Below, piece by piece: positions 32,719-42,869 of a stretch of 64,000 bases of DNA; positions within the stretch are counted from its first letter, which is position 1; every line of letters starts with the position of its first letter. Location: contig CAJQLO010000001.1 of assembly GCA_905479195.1 (NCBI GenBank), forward strand, positions 212,340 through 276,339, given 5' to 3'. Origin of the DNA: an uncultured Gammaproteobacteria bacterium (lineage in GTDB: Bacteria > Pseudomonadota > Gammaproteobacteria > GCA-002705445 > GCA-002716945). The translations under genes and the position numbers were made by a program. Under the pieces are notes generated by a model. It did not search any database. It was not told where the DNA came from and saw only the letters and a program-made list of their open reading frames with translations.

Positions 32719-34586
32719 TGGCTAAATTTAAAACACATTATGAAGACTGCGACATTTTAGTTGTTGGCGGTGGTATGGCTGGTACAGGTGCTACATTTGA
32801 ATCAAGATACTGGGGCCGTGATATGAAAATTATCTGTGCAGAAAAAGCAAATATAGACAGAAGTGGTGCTGTTGCCCAAGGTCTTTATGCTATTAACTGT
32901 TACATGGGTATGCAGTGGGATGAGAATCAACCAGAAGACCATGTAAGATATGCTCGTAATGATTTAATGGGAATGGTCCGTGAAGATTTAGCATATGATA
33001 TGGCACGTCATGTAGACTCATGTGTACATATGTTTGAAGAGTGGGGTCTGCCACTTATGCGTAATGAAAAAACAGGACAGTACCAGAGAGAAGGAAAGTG
33101 GCAAATCATGATTCATGGTGAAAGCTATAAACCTATAGTAGCTGAAGCCGCTAAAAAATCTGCAGATAAAATTTATAATCGTGTAATGATTACTCATCTA
33201 TTAATGGATGAAACTAATGATAATAGAATCGGTGGCGCTACAGGTTTCAATATGCGTACTGGTGATCATTATGTATTCCGCGCTAAAGCAGTAATATGTG
33301 CAGCAGGCGGAGCATCACATATTTTTAAACCACGTTCAGTTGGCGAAGGTATGGGTCGTACATGGTATGCACCATGGAGCAACGGTTCAGCATATGCACT
33401 GCCAATAGCAGTTGGTGCAAAAATGACACAAATGGAAAATCGTATTGTACTTACTAGATTTAAAGATGGGTATGGCCCGGTAGGAGCATACTTCTTGCAT
33501 CTAAAAACGTACACTCAAAATGCAAATGGTGATAACTATGAAAAAACATGGTATGACCAAACAAAAGAAATGGTGGGAGAGTATATTGATCATGTACCAA
33601 CACCAACATGCTTACGTAATCATGCGTTTATTCAAGAAACAATGGCCGGTAGAGGTCCAATTTATATGGTCACAATGGAAGCATTCCAAGACCCACATTT
33701 AGAAACTATTGGATGGGAAAACTTTTTAGGAATGACTGTTGGTCAAGCGGTTGTTTGGGCATCTCAAGATATAGATCCTAAATACCAAAATCCAGAATTA
33801 ACTACGTCAGAGCCATATGTAATGGGTTCTCATGCAACATGCTCAGGTGCCTGGGTTAGTGGGCCAGAAGATGTGTCTGGCGGCATACCAGAATATTTCT
33901 GGGGTTATAACAGGATGATGACTATTGATGGTTTATTTGCAGCAGGTGATGCTGCTGGTGGAACAGCTCATGCATTCTCATCTGGTTCGTTTACGGAAGG
34001 TAGATTGTGCGCTAAAGCAGCTGTGCAATATATCAATGATGGTCGTGCTGATGGTATAACTGTTACAGATGGTCAGTGTGAAAAGTTAAAAGAAGTTATA
34101 TATAAGCCTCTTGAGAACTATACTGTTGGACGTAATGAAATAACAGCTGGGACAGTATCTCCAAGTTACATATTGCCAATCCAAGGTCTACAAAGACTAC
34201 AAAAGATAATGGACGAGTATGTTGGTGGTATTGGTACTAACTATATGACTAATGAAGTTGGTTTGAAACGTGGGATAGAGCTTCTTGGAATATTAGAAGA
34301 AGATTTAGAGCATGTTGGAGCTGAAGATTTACATCAATTAATGAGAGCATGGGAATTGAAGCATCGTGCATTAGTTTCACAATGTGTCGCTGAACATACA
34401 ATATTCCGCGAAGAAACACGTTGGCCTGGATATTATTATAGAGGTGACTTCTTAAAGTTAGATGATGACAATTGGCATTGCTTAACTGTTTCAAGACGTG
34501 ACCCGAAAACTGGTAAGTTTGAACTAGAAAAAGCTCCGCTTTATCACCTTATCGACGAGGAAGTTGATGGTGAGCAAAAAGCATAA
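32718..34586 (+). CDS. aprA: adenylylsulfate (APS) reductase alpha subunit
   Basis: 622 aa with an ILVVGGGMAGTGA FAD fold and a fumarate-reductase-like flavoprotein body typical of AprA. TAATG overlap with aprB. Confidence 0.97.
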   Translation: MAKFKTHYEDCDILVVGGGMAGTGATFESRYWGRDMKIICAEKANIDRSGAVAQGLYAINCYMGMQWDENQPEDHVRYARNDLMGMVREDLAYDMARHVDSCVHMFEEWGLPLMRNEKTGQYQREGKWQIMIHGESYKPIVAEAAKKSADKIYNRVMITHLLMDETNDNRIGGATGFNMRTGDHYVFRAKAVICAAGGASHIFKPRSVGEGMGRTWYAPWSNGSAYALPIAVGAKMTQMENRIVLTRFKDGYGPVGAYFLHLKTYTQNANGDNYEKTWYDQTKEMVGEYIDHVPTPTCLRNHAFIQETMAGRGPIYMVTMEAFQDPHLETIGWENFLGMTVGQAVVWASQDIDPKYQNPELTTSEPYVMGSHATCSGAWVSGPEDVSGGIPEYFWGYNRMMTIDGLFAAGDAAGGTAHAFSSGSFTEGRLCAKAAVQYINDGRADGITVTDGQCEKLKEVIYKPLENYTVGRNEITAGTVSPSYILPIQGLQRLQKIMDEYVGGIGTNYMTNEVGLKRGIELLGILEEDLEHVGAEDLHQLMRAWELKHRALVSQCVAEHTIFREETRWPGYYYRGDFLKLDDDNWHCLTVSRRDPKTGKFELEKAPLYHLIDEEVDGEQKA

Positions 34587-34620
34587 ATAATTTTATATTA
34601 TTTAATAGAAGAGTTAACAT

Positions 34621-34971
34621 ATGAATCTAGTTGAAATGACGGATGAAGAAATCTTAAAGATTGCTAATCCGATTTGGAATGGACTTGTGGAATCATCGAA
34701 TAAAAAAGATTACGGTGGTTTCACAAAACATTTTTCTAAAGAGATGCTTTTTGGAGCAAATGAAGTCGAAATAGGAAAACAATGGGCTGCTAATAAAATG
34801 CTTACAAGCTTATCTGTTGAAAGAAAATTTTTTGGCTGCCTTAGGCGCAATGAACATGTCACTGTTTTATTTAAACAAACAAGTTCAGAAGTAGAAGGTG
34901 AATATCTTGGCAGGTTAGTGTTAGGTATTGAAGATGAATCCATCAAGGTCTTTGGTGCAACTATATTCTAG
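34621..34971 (+). CDS. 116-aa soluble protein of unknown function (possibly NTF2/SnoaL-like)
   Basis: ORF 34 nt after aprA on the same strand. The N-terminal EEILKIANPIWNGLVESSNKKDYGGFTKHFS pattern resembles NTF2-like small proteins. Not verified. Confidence 0.5.
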   Translation: MNLVEMTDEEILKIANPIWNGLVESSNKKDYGGFTKHFSKEMLFGANEVEIGKQWAANKMLTSLSVERKFFGCLRRNEHVTVLFKQTSSEVEGEYLGRLVLGIEDESIKVFGATIF

Positions 34972-35009
34972 TATCTTAGTTTAAAGTTGAGTCAATCGTA
35001 TAAATTCAA

Positions 35010-35516
35010 ATGAAATTACATCCGCATATAATAAAGGATAATCTTTTTAGAATAATAGTACTTTCTGATACGCATGCTAATCTAAATCCTTTGATATATA
35101 ACCTTATAAATAAAAGTGATTATGTTATTCATGCAGGTGATATTTTAGATCACAAAATACTCGAAAATATTAAACTTACATCAAAAGAATTATATGCAGT
35201 AAACGGAAATAATGATGATTATAATGAGTTAAATGATGTAGAGGTTATAACTACATCTATTGGTGATATTATAGTAACTCATGGTCACAAACATTATCCT
35301 AATTACCATGATTCCTTAAGAGAATCATATCCTAATGCATTAGTTGTTATCTATGGCCATACACATCACCACACTTTAGATATGACTAAAAAACCATATA
35401 TTATCAACCCTGGTGCAGCTGGAAAAACAAGAACACAAGGTGGTGCATCCTGCATTATACTCTCTAATAGTTGCGATGGATTTACTTTGGAATTAAAAAA
35501 ATTTAACCCTAGTTAG
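35010..35516 (+). CDS. YfcE/MJ0936-family metallophosphoesterase
   Basis: 168 aa with the calcineurin-like motif series LSDTHAN, HAGD, GNND, THGH, GHTH. Confidence 0.8.
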   Translation: MKLHPHIIKDNLFRIIVLSDTHANLNPLIYNLINKSDYVIHAGDILDHKILENIKLTSKELYAVNGNNDDYNELNDVEVITTSIGDIIVTHGHKHYPNYHDSLRESYPNALVVIYGHTHHHTLDMTKKPYIINPGAAGKTRTQGGASCIILSNSCDGFTLELKKFNPS

Positions 35517-35625
35517 TAAGATTAATAAAGCTTGACTTATCAATGAAACAGCTTAAGATATTAATATTCGTAGACAAATCAAAACTCAATTCAAAACATA
35601 AATAAAATTTAGAGGAAGATTTATA

Positions 35626-35949
35626 ATGAGTTCAGTACTTAATATTACAGATGACAATTTTGAAACTGAGGTTTTAAAATCAGAAATACCAGTCTTAGTA
35701 GATTTTTGGGCAGAGTGGTGTGGACCGTGTAAAGTGCTAGGGCCAATCGTAGATGATGTTGCTCCTGAATTTGATGGTAAAGTAAAATTTACTAAACTTG
35801 ATATTGATGCAAATCCTGCTACTGCACCAAAGTATGGAATCAGAGGGATACCTACAATAATGGTTTTTAAGAGCGGAGAGTTAGCTGCTACATCTGTAGG
35901 GGTTTTAACTAAATCAGAGTTAACAAATTTTTTAAATGAGAATCTATAA
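35626..35949 (+). CDS. trxA: thioredoxin
   Basis: 107 aa with VLVDFWAEWCGPCK. Upstream of rho as in E. coli. Confidence 0.95.
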   Translation: MSSVLNITDDNFETEVLKSEIPVLVDFWAEWCGPCKVLGPIVDDVAPEFDGKVKFTKLDIDANPATAPKYGIRGIPTIMVFKSGELAATSVGVLTKSELTNFLNENL

Positions 35950-36027
35950 CTGATTAAGCATAGATTTATAGAGTATAAAAATAAATATTTTCAAAAAAAT
36001 CAATTCTAATAAACCAATTAAAATAAT

Positions 36028-37284
36028 ATGAACCTAACAGAATTAAAAGAAAAACCAATACAAGAACTTGTAGCTATGGCTGAAAAAATGGGTGCTGAGA
36101 ATGTCGGCAGGCTTAGAAAACAAGATGTCATTTTTACTATTTTAAAAAGTCATTCATCTAGTGGAGAAGATATATCTGCCGGTGGAGTTCTAGAAATATT
36201 ACAGGATGGTTTTGGTTTTTTAAGAAATGCTAGTAGCTCATATTTGGCAGGTCCGGATGATATTTATGTCTCACCTAGTCAAATTCGTAAATTCTCATTA
36301 CGTACAGGCGATACTGTTGAGGGAAAAATTAGACCGCCTAAAGAAGGTGAAAGATATTTTGCATTACTTAAGGTTGATAATGTAAATTTTGACTCTACAG
36401 AGAATTCTAAACATAAAATTTTATTTGAAAATCTAACACCTTTGCATGCGAATCAAAGGTTAAGGCTTGAATGTGGTAATGGTAGCAGAGAAGATATATC
36501 TGGACGTTTAGTTGATATTGCTGCGCCTATTGGTAAAGGTCAAAGAGGTTTAATTATCTCTCCACCCAAGGCTGGTAAAACTATTATGCTTCAACAGATA
36601 GCACAAAGTTTAATTACTAATAATCCTGATTCTATTTTAATAGTTTTATTAATTGATGAAAGGCCTGAGGAAGTAACTGAAATGTCACGTATGGTTAGGG
36701 GAGAGGTTGTTGCAAGTACTTTTGATGAACCAGCTCATAGACATGTTCAGGTAGCGGAAATGGTTATTGAGAAAGCTAAACGTCTTGTTGAACACAAAAA
36801 AGATGTGATCATACTTCTTGATTCTATTACAAGGCTTGCTAGAGCTTATAATACAATTGCTCCATCGTCTGGTAAAGTATTGTCAGGTGGTGTTGACGCA
36901 AATTCACTAACTAAGCCAAAAAGATTTTTTGGTGCAGCAAGAAATATTGAAGAGGGTGGAAGTTTAACAATTTTAGCTACTGCTCTTATTGATACAGGCT
37001 CTAAAATGGATGAAGTTATTTATGAAGAGTTCAAAGGAACAGGTAACATGGAAGTCCATCTTGACAGAAGAATAGCTGAAAAAAGAATATACCCTGCTAT
37101 TAATATCAATCGCTCAGGAACCAGAAGAGAGGAGTTATTAACCACACCTGATGAGTTACAAAAAATATGGATTTTAAGAAAAGTCCTGCATTCAATGGAC
37201 GAATTAGATGCTATGGAATTCATGCTGAATAAATTGCAGTCAACTAAAACTAACTCTGAGTTTTTCGATTCAATGAAGAGGTAA
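36028..37284 (+). CDS. rho: transcription termination factor Rho
   Basis: 418 aa with the GFGFLR RNA-binding motif and Walker A PPKAGKT. Confidence 0.97.
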   Translation: MNLTELKEKPIQELVAMAEKMGAENVGRLRKQDVIFTILKSHSSSGEDISAGGVLEILQDGFGFLRNASSSYLAGPDDIYVSPSQIRKFSLRTGDTVEGKIRPPKEGERYFALLKVDNVNFDSTENSKHKILFENLTPLHANQRLRLECGNGSREDISGRLVDIAAPIGKGQRGLIISPPKAGKTIMLQQIAQSLITNNPDSILIVLLIDERPEEVTEMSRMVRGEVVASTFDEPAHRHVQVAEMVIEKAKRLVEHKKDVIILLDSITRLARAYNTIAPSSGKVLSGGVDANSLTKPKRFFGAARNIEEGGSLTILATALIDTGSKMDEVIYEEFKGTGNMEVHLDRRIAEKRIYPAININRSGTRREELLTTPDELQKIWILRKVLHSMDELDAMEFMLNKLQSTKTNSEFFDSMKR

Positions 37285-38628
37285 TTAACCTCCTATATCT
37301 TCTCTAAAAAAAACTAAGTTATTATTTTCAATGCTCATATTTTTGTCTTGAAATACTTTAATCTTCTTTATATTTTCATAAGCTATATTTATAGCTTTTT
37401 CTTTATTTTCAGCATAAGCATTTACAGTAAGAATTCTTCCACCTGTTGAACATATTTTATTATCATCTAACGTTGTTCCGGCATGAAATATTTTAATATT
37501 CTCATTCTCTATAATATTTCTCATATCAATATAAAAGCCTTTTGCATATGACTCAGGATAACCTTTAGCTGCCAAAACAATGGTGCAACAGTAGCCTTTA
37601 CTATCTTGATCGAAGTTTGCAATATTTAAATCTTGAATATTAGTAATAGGGTCATTTAAAATCATATCTAAAAAATCTATACCTTTATTTTCTAGGGTAA
37701 GCATTAAATTCTGCGTTTCAGGATCACCCATACGACAATTATATTCTAAAACTTTAATTTTATTGGCACTGTCTATCATTAGCCCTATATATAGGAAGCC
37801 TAGATACTTAATATTAGATTCCTTATTGTAATCATTAATTCCATTTATAGTTTTAACTAAAATCTTTTCAATATCTTGATATAGTTTGTATATTTCATTC
37901 TTATGCCCATAAGACAATGGATGGCTTACAGCCCCCATACCTCCTGTATTTGGGCCAGAATTATATTCATCGCGTGACTTATAGTCTTTTGTCCATGGAA
38001 GGCCTATTTCATAAGTACATCCCTTGTAATTACATATATATATTGCTGATAATTCTTGCCCACTCAAAAACTCTTCTACTATAATAAAATCTGAATGGTG
38101 AGCGCTTAATAATTTATCTATTGCATCATTTGATTCTTCTATTGATGAGGATACAACAACACCCTTGCCTGCTGCTAGGCCATCAGCCTTTATGACTATT
38201 GGATGTTTTTTAGTACTTATATATGACTTGGCCTGAGTTTTATCAGAAAACATTTCATAATCAGATGTTGGTATACCATAATTTTTCATGAATTCTTTCG
38301 AGAAAACTTTTGAACCTTCTAAAATTGCATGTTCTTTGGTTGGGCCAAAAATTTTTAATCCTTGTTCAGAAAATTCATTAACAATACCATCGACCAAGGG
38401 ATTCTCGGGTCCGATTATTGTCATAAAAATATTATTTTTTTTAACAAAATCAAGAAGACTATTAATGTCAGAAATATCTATATCAATATTTTCTATATTA
38501 TCTTCTAGGGCTGTACCCGCATTACCAGGGCAAACAAAAACATTTTGTACTTTTGGAGATTTAGAAATTTTCCATGCAATTGCATGTTCACGTCCACCTT
38601 GCCCTATCACTAGTATATTTTGCTTCAT
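37285..38628 (-). CDS. purD: phosphoribosylamine-glycine ligase
   Basis: 447 aa starting ILVIGQGGREHAIAWK, with an ATP-grasp body. Its stop codon directly abuts the rho stop codon. Confidence 0.95.
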   Translation of the reverse strand: MKQNILVIGQGGREHAIAWKISKSPKVQNVFVCPGNAGTALEDNIENIDIDISDINSLLDFVKKNNIFMTIIGPENPLVDGIVNEFSEQGLKIFGPTKEHAILEGSKVFSKEFMKNYGIPTSDYEMFSDKTQAKSYISTKKHPIVIKADGLAAGKGVVVSSSIEESNDAIDKLLSAHHSDFIIVEEFLSGQELSAIYICNYKGCTYEIGLPWTKDYKSRDEYNSGPNTGGMGAVSHPLSYGHKNEIYKLYQDIEKILVKTINGINDYNKESNIKYLGFLYIGLMIDSANKIKVLEYNCRMGDPETQNLMLTLENKGIDFLDMILNDPITNIQDLNIANFDQDSKGYCCTIVLAAKGYPESYAKGFYIDMRNIIENENIKIFHAGTTLDDNKICSTGGRILTVNAYAENKEKAINIAYENIKKIKVFQDKNMSIENNNLVFFREDIGG

Positions 38629-38631
38629 ATT

Positions 38632-40191
38632 TTAATGCTTAAATACTCTCACGCCACTAAGCACCATTGAAATACCATGTTTATCAGCGATAGATATTAT
38701 TTCTTTATCTTTTATGGATCCACCTGGTTGAATAATACTAGAGACGCCAATTTTTTTAGCTAAATCTATATTATCTCTAAATGGAAAAAAAGCTTCTGAT
38801 GCCATCACGCATCCTTTAAGAGATAAGCCATGTTTTTTAGCCTTTGTATTAGCAATATTAGTGGAATCAATTCTACTCATTTGTCCGGCACCTATTCCAA
38901 GAGTTTTTTTATTTTTAACAAAAACAATTGCATTTGATTTGACATATCTTGCAACTTTAAATGCAAACAATAAATCATCTACTTCTCTTTTTGATGGCTT
39001 TTTTACTGTTACATTTTTTAAATCTTTAGAAGTTAACTTTTTAGTATCACTTTCTTGAATTAAGAATTTACCCTGTAAGGATTTAAACTCAAGTCTAATA
39101 ATATCTTTATTAGATCTTTTTGTTTTTAATAGTCTAATATTTGGTTTAGATTTAATAATTTCTAAACATTTTTTACTATAACTGGGGGCAACTATGACTT
39201 CTACAAACTGCTGATTAATAATTTTTTTAAGAATTTTTTCATCTACATTTTTATTAAAAGCAATAATTCCTCCAAAAGCTGAAATAGGATCTGTTGCATA
39301 GGCATTATTATAGGCAGCCATAAGATTAGTGCATTCCGCTACACCACAAGGGTTCGCATGTTTAACTATAACGCATGAGGGAGTTTTAAATTGCTGAACA
39401 CATGAAAGCGCACTCTCTGTATCAACTAAATTATTATATGACAAGCCTTTTCCAGATAGCTGTTCAAAATTAAAACCCTCTACCTGAGGATATTTTATAT
39501 TATAAAGGCTAGCATTTTGATGTGGGTTTTCTCCGTACCTCAAATCATTAATCTTTTCTAATGTAATATTAATTTTTGATGGAAGAGTCGATTCTTCAGT
39601 ATTCTCATGACGCATTAGGTAATTATGAATCATTGAGTCATATTCTGAAATCTTTTGGAATACCTTGATGGCTAGTTTAAGTCTTGTATCAATGGATGTT
39701 TGATTATTCTCATTAATTTCCTTTATTATAACATCATAGTCTTTGGGCTCTGTAATAACAGTCACTCTTCTATGATTTTTGGCTGCTGCTCTTAACATGG
39801 TAGGTCCACCAATATCTATATTTTCAATTGCATCATCATACTTGCAATTAGGTTTTGATATTGCTGATTCAAAAGGATAGAGATTAACCACTACTATATC
39901 TATGAGCGAATAATGTGAATTTTTCAATGAATCTATTGATTTTTTATCTTTAGCTAGTATGCCAGCATGGATAATTGGATGCAGTGTTTTGACTCTTCCT
40001 TCCAGTATTTCTTCAAATTTAGTAAATTCAGCTATAGAGACATTAGCAATTTTTTTAGATGATAAGAATTTTGCAGTGCCACCAGTCGAAAGAATTATAT
40101 AATTATTTTTAATCAGTGATTTAGCAAACTTATCGATACCAGTTTTATCAGAAACGCTTATGAGTGCAAATTTCTTTTCATCTTGTTTCAT
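38632..40191 (-). CDS. purH: bifunctional AICAR transformylase / IMP cyclohydrolase
   Basis: 519 aa starting ALISVSDKTG, with C-terminal IQPGGSIKD and RVFKH. Confidence 0.97.
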   Translation of the reverse strand: MKQDEKKFALISVSDKTGIDKFAKSLIKNNYIILSTGGTAKFLSSKKIANVSIAEFTKFEEILEGRVKTLHPIIHAGILAKDKKSIDSLKNSHYSLIDIVVVNLYPFESAISKPNCKYDDAIENIDIGGPTMLRAAAKNHRRVTVITEPKDYDVIIKEINENNQTSIDTRLKLAIKVFQKISEYDSMIHNYLMRHENTEESTLPSKINITLEKINDLRYGENPHQNASLYNIKYPQVEGFNFEQLSGKGLSYNNLVDTESALSCVQQFKTPSCVIVKHANPCGVAECTNLMAAYNNAYATDPISAFGGIIAFNKNVDEKILKKIINQQFVEVIVAPSYSKKCLEIIKSKPNIRLLKTKRSNKDIIRLEFKSLQGKFLIQESDTKKLTSKDLKNVTVKKPSKREVDDLLFAFKVARYVKSNAIVFVKNKKTLGIGAGQMSRIDSTNIANTKAKKHGLSLKGCVMASEAFFPFRDNIDLAKKIGVSSIIQPGGSIKDKEIISIADKHGISMVLSGVRVFKH

Positions 40192-40446
40192 TTATATACT
40201 TATACCATAATCTTTGATTCTTTTTATTAATGTCCCTCTATTAATTCCAAGGTAAGCAGCAGTTTTGGTTACATTTCCGCCTAAGTGAGATAATACTGCA
40301 GATATTAGAGATTTTTCAACTTCTGTAATAAATAGGCTATGTAGATTGCTAACACCCTGGCCATTCATCTTATTGATGTAAGCAAGAGTTTCATTTTTAA
40401 TAGTTTTACTAAGAGAGCTAACAGCTATCTTTTTTGTTTTTTCCAT
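40192..40446 (-). CDS. fis: Fis-family DNA-binding protein
   Basis: 84 aa. C-terminal HTH GNVTKTAAYLGINRGTLIKRIKDYGI matches E. coli Fis [26 protein letters not shown]. Directly upstream of purH. Confidence 0.8.
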   Translation of the reverse strand: MEKTKKIAVSSLSKTIKNETLAYINKMNGQGVSNLHSLFITEVEKSLISAVLSHLGGNVTKTAAYLGINRGTLIKRIKDYGISI

Positions 40447-40553
40447 TATTAAAGCATACCCCTATATATCAAAGCATAATTTTCAATGATAAGTTTATAA
40501 AAAACGTTTCATTATCATACAATTTTAATGATTAGGGTTAAAGAGAAAAGTTA

Positions 40554-41897
40554 CTAATTTTTATTAATAAACTGGTTTAATGTATTAATTGTGAAATTTC
40601 CATCTACAAAAAAATCACTGGTTAATAAGCGTTTATGTAAAGCAATATTAGTTTTAATGCCTGTTATGACTGTTTCATCTAGTGCAAACAACATTTTTTT
40701 AATAGCTGTCTTTCTATCTTCGGCATGTGTAACAATTTTTGCTATCAAGGAGTCATAATTAGGCGGAACATCATAACCAGAATAAATATGTGAGTCAACT
40801 CTAACGCCTGGTCCACCAGGTGCGTGGAATAAGCTTATATGGCCTGGCGAGGGCATGAATGTCACAGGATCTTCTGCATTTATTCTGCATTCTATGGAAT
40901 GTCCTTTGAAGGTAACATCTTCTTGTTTTAGTTTTAGTTTTTCATTTGATGCAACTAAGATTTGTTCAGAGATTAAATCAATACCTGTTAAAAATTCACT
41001 TACCGGATGTTCAACTTGTATTCTCGTATTCATTTCAATGAAACTAAAAGAACCATCTTGATAAAGAAACTCAAAAGTTCCTGCTCCAGTATACCCAAGC
41101 TTTTTACATGCTTCGGTGCATATTTTACCTATTTTACTGATTGCTGCTCTAGGAATATTTACTGCTGTAGTTTCCTCTATTACTTTTTGATTTCTTCTTT
41201 GAAGGGAACAATCTCTCTCTCCAAGATGGATAGCATTGCCATGATTATCACAGAGTACTTGAATCTCAATATGTCTAGGTTTATCAAAATATCTTTCGAA
41301 ATATAGATCACCATTTCCAAATGCATTTTCAGCTTCTGATTTAGTAATATTCATTGAATTAGCAAGATCTTTAGGATGATTTACAATCATCATTCCTCGC
41401 CCACCACCGCCATGAATGGCTTTTAACATTATCGGAAAGCCAATTTTTTCAGCAGATTTAAGAACTTTGGCTGGGTCATCAGAAAGAACACCATCATAGC
41501 CTGGTATACAAGGGACACCAAATCCTTTCATAGCTGTCTTAGCTTTAATCTTGTCACCCATTTTTTTTAAAACTTTACTTGGCGGGCCTATAAAAATAAA
41601 TTTATTTGATTCAACAATCTCTGCAAATTGAGCTGATTCGGATAGAAACCCATAACCAGGATGTATTGCGTCAGCATTAGTAAGTTCAGCTGCGCTTATA
41701 ATGGAAGGTATATTTAGATAACTTTTTTTAGGATCTGCTGACCCTATGCATACTGACTCATCCGCCATTTTTACATGAGGTAATTGCCTGTCAACAGTTG
41801 AATGAACAGCCACAGTCTTTATGCCTAACTTCTTGCAAGCTCGTAGAATACGTAATGCTATTTCGCCTCTATTGGCAATTAAAACTTTTTGAATCAT
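40554..41897 (-). CDS. accC: acetyl-CoA carboxylase, biotin carboxylase subunit
   Basis: 447 aa starting KVLIANRGEIALRILRACK, with an ATP-grasp body. Confidence 0.97.
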   Translation of the reverse strand: MIQKVLIANRGEIALRILRACKKLGIKTVAVHSTVDRQLPHVKMADESVCIGSADPKKSYLNIPSIISAAELTNADAIHPGYGFLSESAQFAEIVESNKFIFIGPPSKVLKKMGDKIKAKTAMKGFGVPCIPGYDGVLSDDPAKVLKSAEKIGFPIMLKAIHGGGGRGMMIVNHPKDLANSMNITKSEAENAFGNGDLYFERYFDKPRHIEIQVLCDNHGNAIHLGERDCSLQRRNQKVIEETTAVNIPRAAISKIGKICTEACKKLGYTGAGTFEFLYQDGSFSFIEMNTRIQVEHPVSEFLTGIDLISEQILVASNEKLKLKQEDVTFKGHSIECRINAEDPVTFMPSPGHISLFHAPGGPGVRVDSHIYSGYDVPPNYDSLIAKIVTHAEDRKTAIKKMLFALDETVITGIKTNIALHKRLLTSDFFVDGNFTINTLNQFINKN

Positions 41898-41898
41898 A

Positions 41899-42357
41899 TT
41901 ATTTTATTATAAATAGTGGTTGTCCAAATTCTACAGGCTCTGAGTCCTCTACAAGAATTTTAATAATTGTACCGTTTTGTTCAGCAGTAACCTGGTTCAT
42001 CATTTTCATGGCTTCTAAAATACAAACTGTATCACCTTTACTAACTTTTTGACCTTCTTCTACAAAAGCTTTTGAATCTGGTGATGCCGATCTATAAAAA
42101 GTACCAACCATTGGGGACTCAATAGTATCCCCTTCTGGTAAAGATTGTTCTGAAACACTTTCAGCTTGAGGAGTAATTTCTTTAGTAACAGGTTGCTGAG
42201 CTTGCATAACCGGCATTGTAGTTTGGTTGTTCTGTAAAGGCTGATGTTGTGAATGGCGAGAGAGCTTAATTGACTCTTCCCCTTCTTTAACTTCTATCTC
42301 AGCTATGCCAGACTCTTCTAGTAATTCCATTAATTTTTTTATTTTTCTTAGATCCAT
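41899..42357 (-). CDS. accB: biotin carboxyl carrier protein
   Basis: 152 aa with a Pro/Gln-rich linker and the EAMKMMN biotinylation motif. Confidence 0.95.
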   Translation of the reverse strand: MDLRKIKKLMELLEESGIAEIEVKEGEESIKLSRHSQHQPLQNNQTTMPVMQAQQPVTKEITPQAESVSEQSLPEGDTIESPMVGTFYRSASPDSKAFVEEGQKVSKGDTVCILEAMKMMNQVTAEQNGTIIKILVEDSEPVEFGQPLFIIK

Positions 42358-42359
42358 TT

Positions 42360-42803
42360 TTAATTACTCCTAATATGCTTTATAGCTTGTATGAATGCAT
42401 AACTATAACCATTGACACCTAAACCAACTATAACACCGACGCTTATATCACTTAAAAACGATTTTTTTCTAAACTCTTCTCTTTTATGGATATTAGAAAT
42501 ATGTATTTCTATAAAAGGAATTTGTGTACTCAAAAAAGTATCTCTTAAAGCAATGCTTGTATGAGTTAGGGGTCCAGGATTAATGATAATAAATTTTATA
42601 GAATCTTTATTTGCAGCTTGAATGCAGTCTATAATTTCATGCTCTGCATTAGATTGCATAAATTTTATTGAAACATTCTCTTTATCTGCTAAATTTTGTA
42701 GACTATTTTCTACATCACCAAGACTTTCTTTACCATATATCTCTGGTTCTCGTGTTCCGAGTAGATTTAAGTTGGGACCGTTAATAATTAGTATATCTAT
42801 CAA
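42360..42803 (-). CDS. aroQ: 3-dehydroquinate dehydratase, type II
   Basis: 147 aa starting [21 protein letters not shown]. Confidence 0.95.
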   Translation of the reverse strand: MIDILIINGPNLNLLGTREPEIYGKESLGDVENSLQNLADKENVSIKFMQSNAEHEIIDCIQAANKDSIKFIIINPGPLTHTSIALRDTFLSTQIPFIEIHISNIHKREEFRKKSFLSDISVGVIVGLGVNGYSYAFIQAIKHIRSN

Positions 42804-42869
42804 AATAGTCTCTTTGGTAAATTTTAATAGAAATTAACAGATTTTTAGCGAATATACAAGAAAATTTTA

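Noticed and set aside
32718-34586. Locally high GC in aprA (several 60-nt lines near 50% against about 15-30% in membrane-protein genes) as a sign of recent horizontal transfer
   Set aside because: groEL and the cox genes show similarly elevated GC when sampled line by line. The pattern therefore tracks strong amino-acid conservation or high expression, not foreign origin. No mobility genes, tRNA or repeats flank the locus.
35532-35559. TTGACT-N16-TAAGAT as a trxA promoter
   Set aside because: It is plausible, but hexamers of this quality are frequent in DNA this AT-rich and there is no supporting evidence. I have not listed it as a feature.
38288-38635. 115-aa ORF antisense to the 5' part of purD
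   Set aside because: A shadow ORF within a well-supported gene. The same applies to 51190-51558 (in fbpB), 53330-53659 (in ilvE), 23457-23771 (in the MidA-like gene) and the other short track ORFs nested in called genes.
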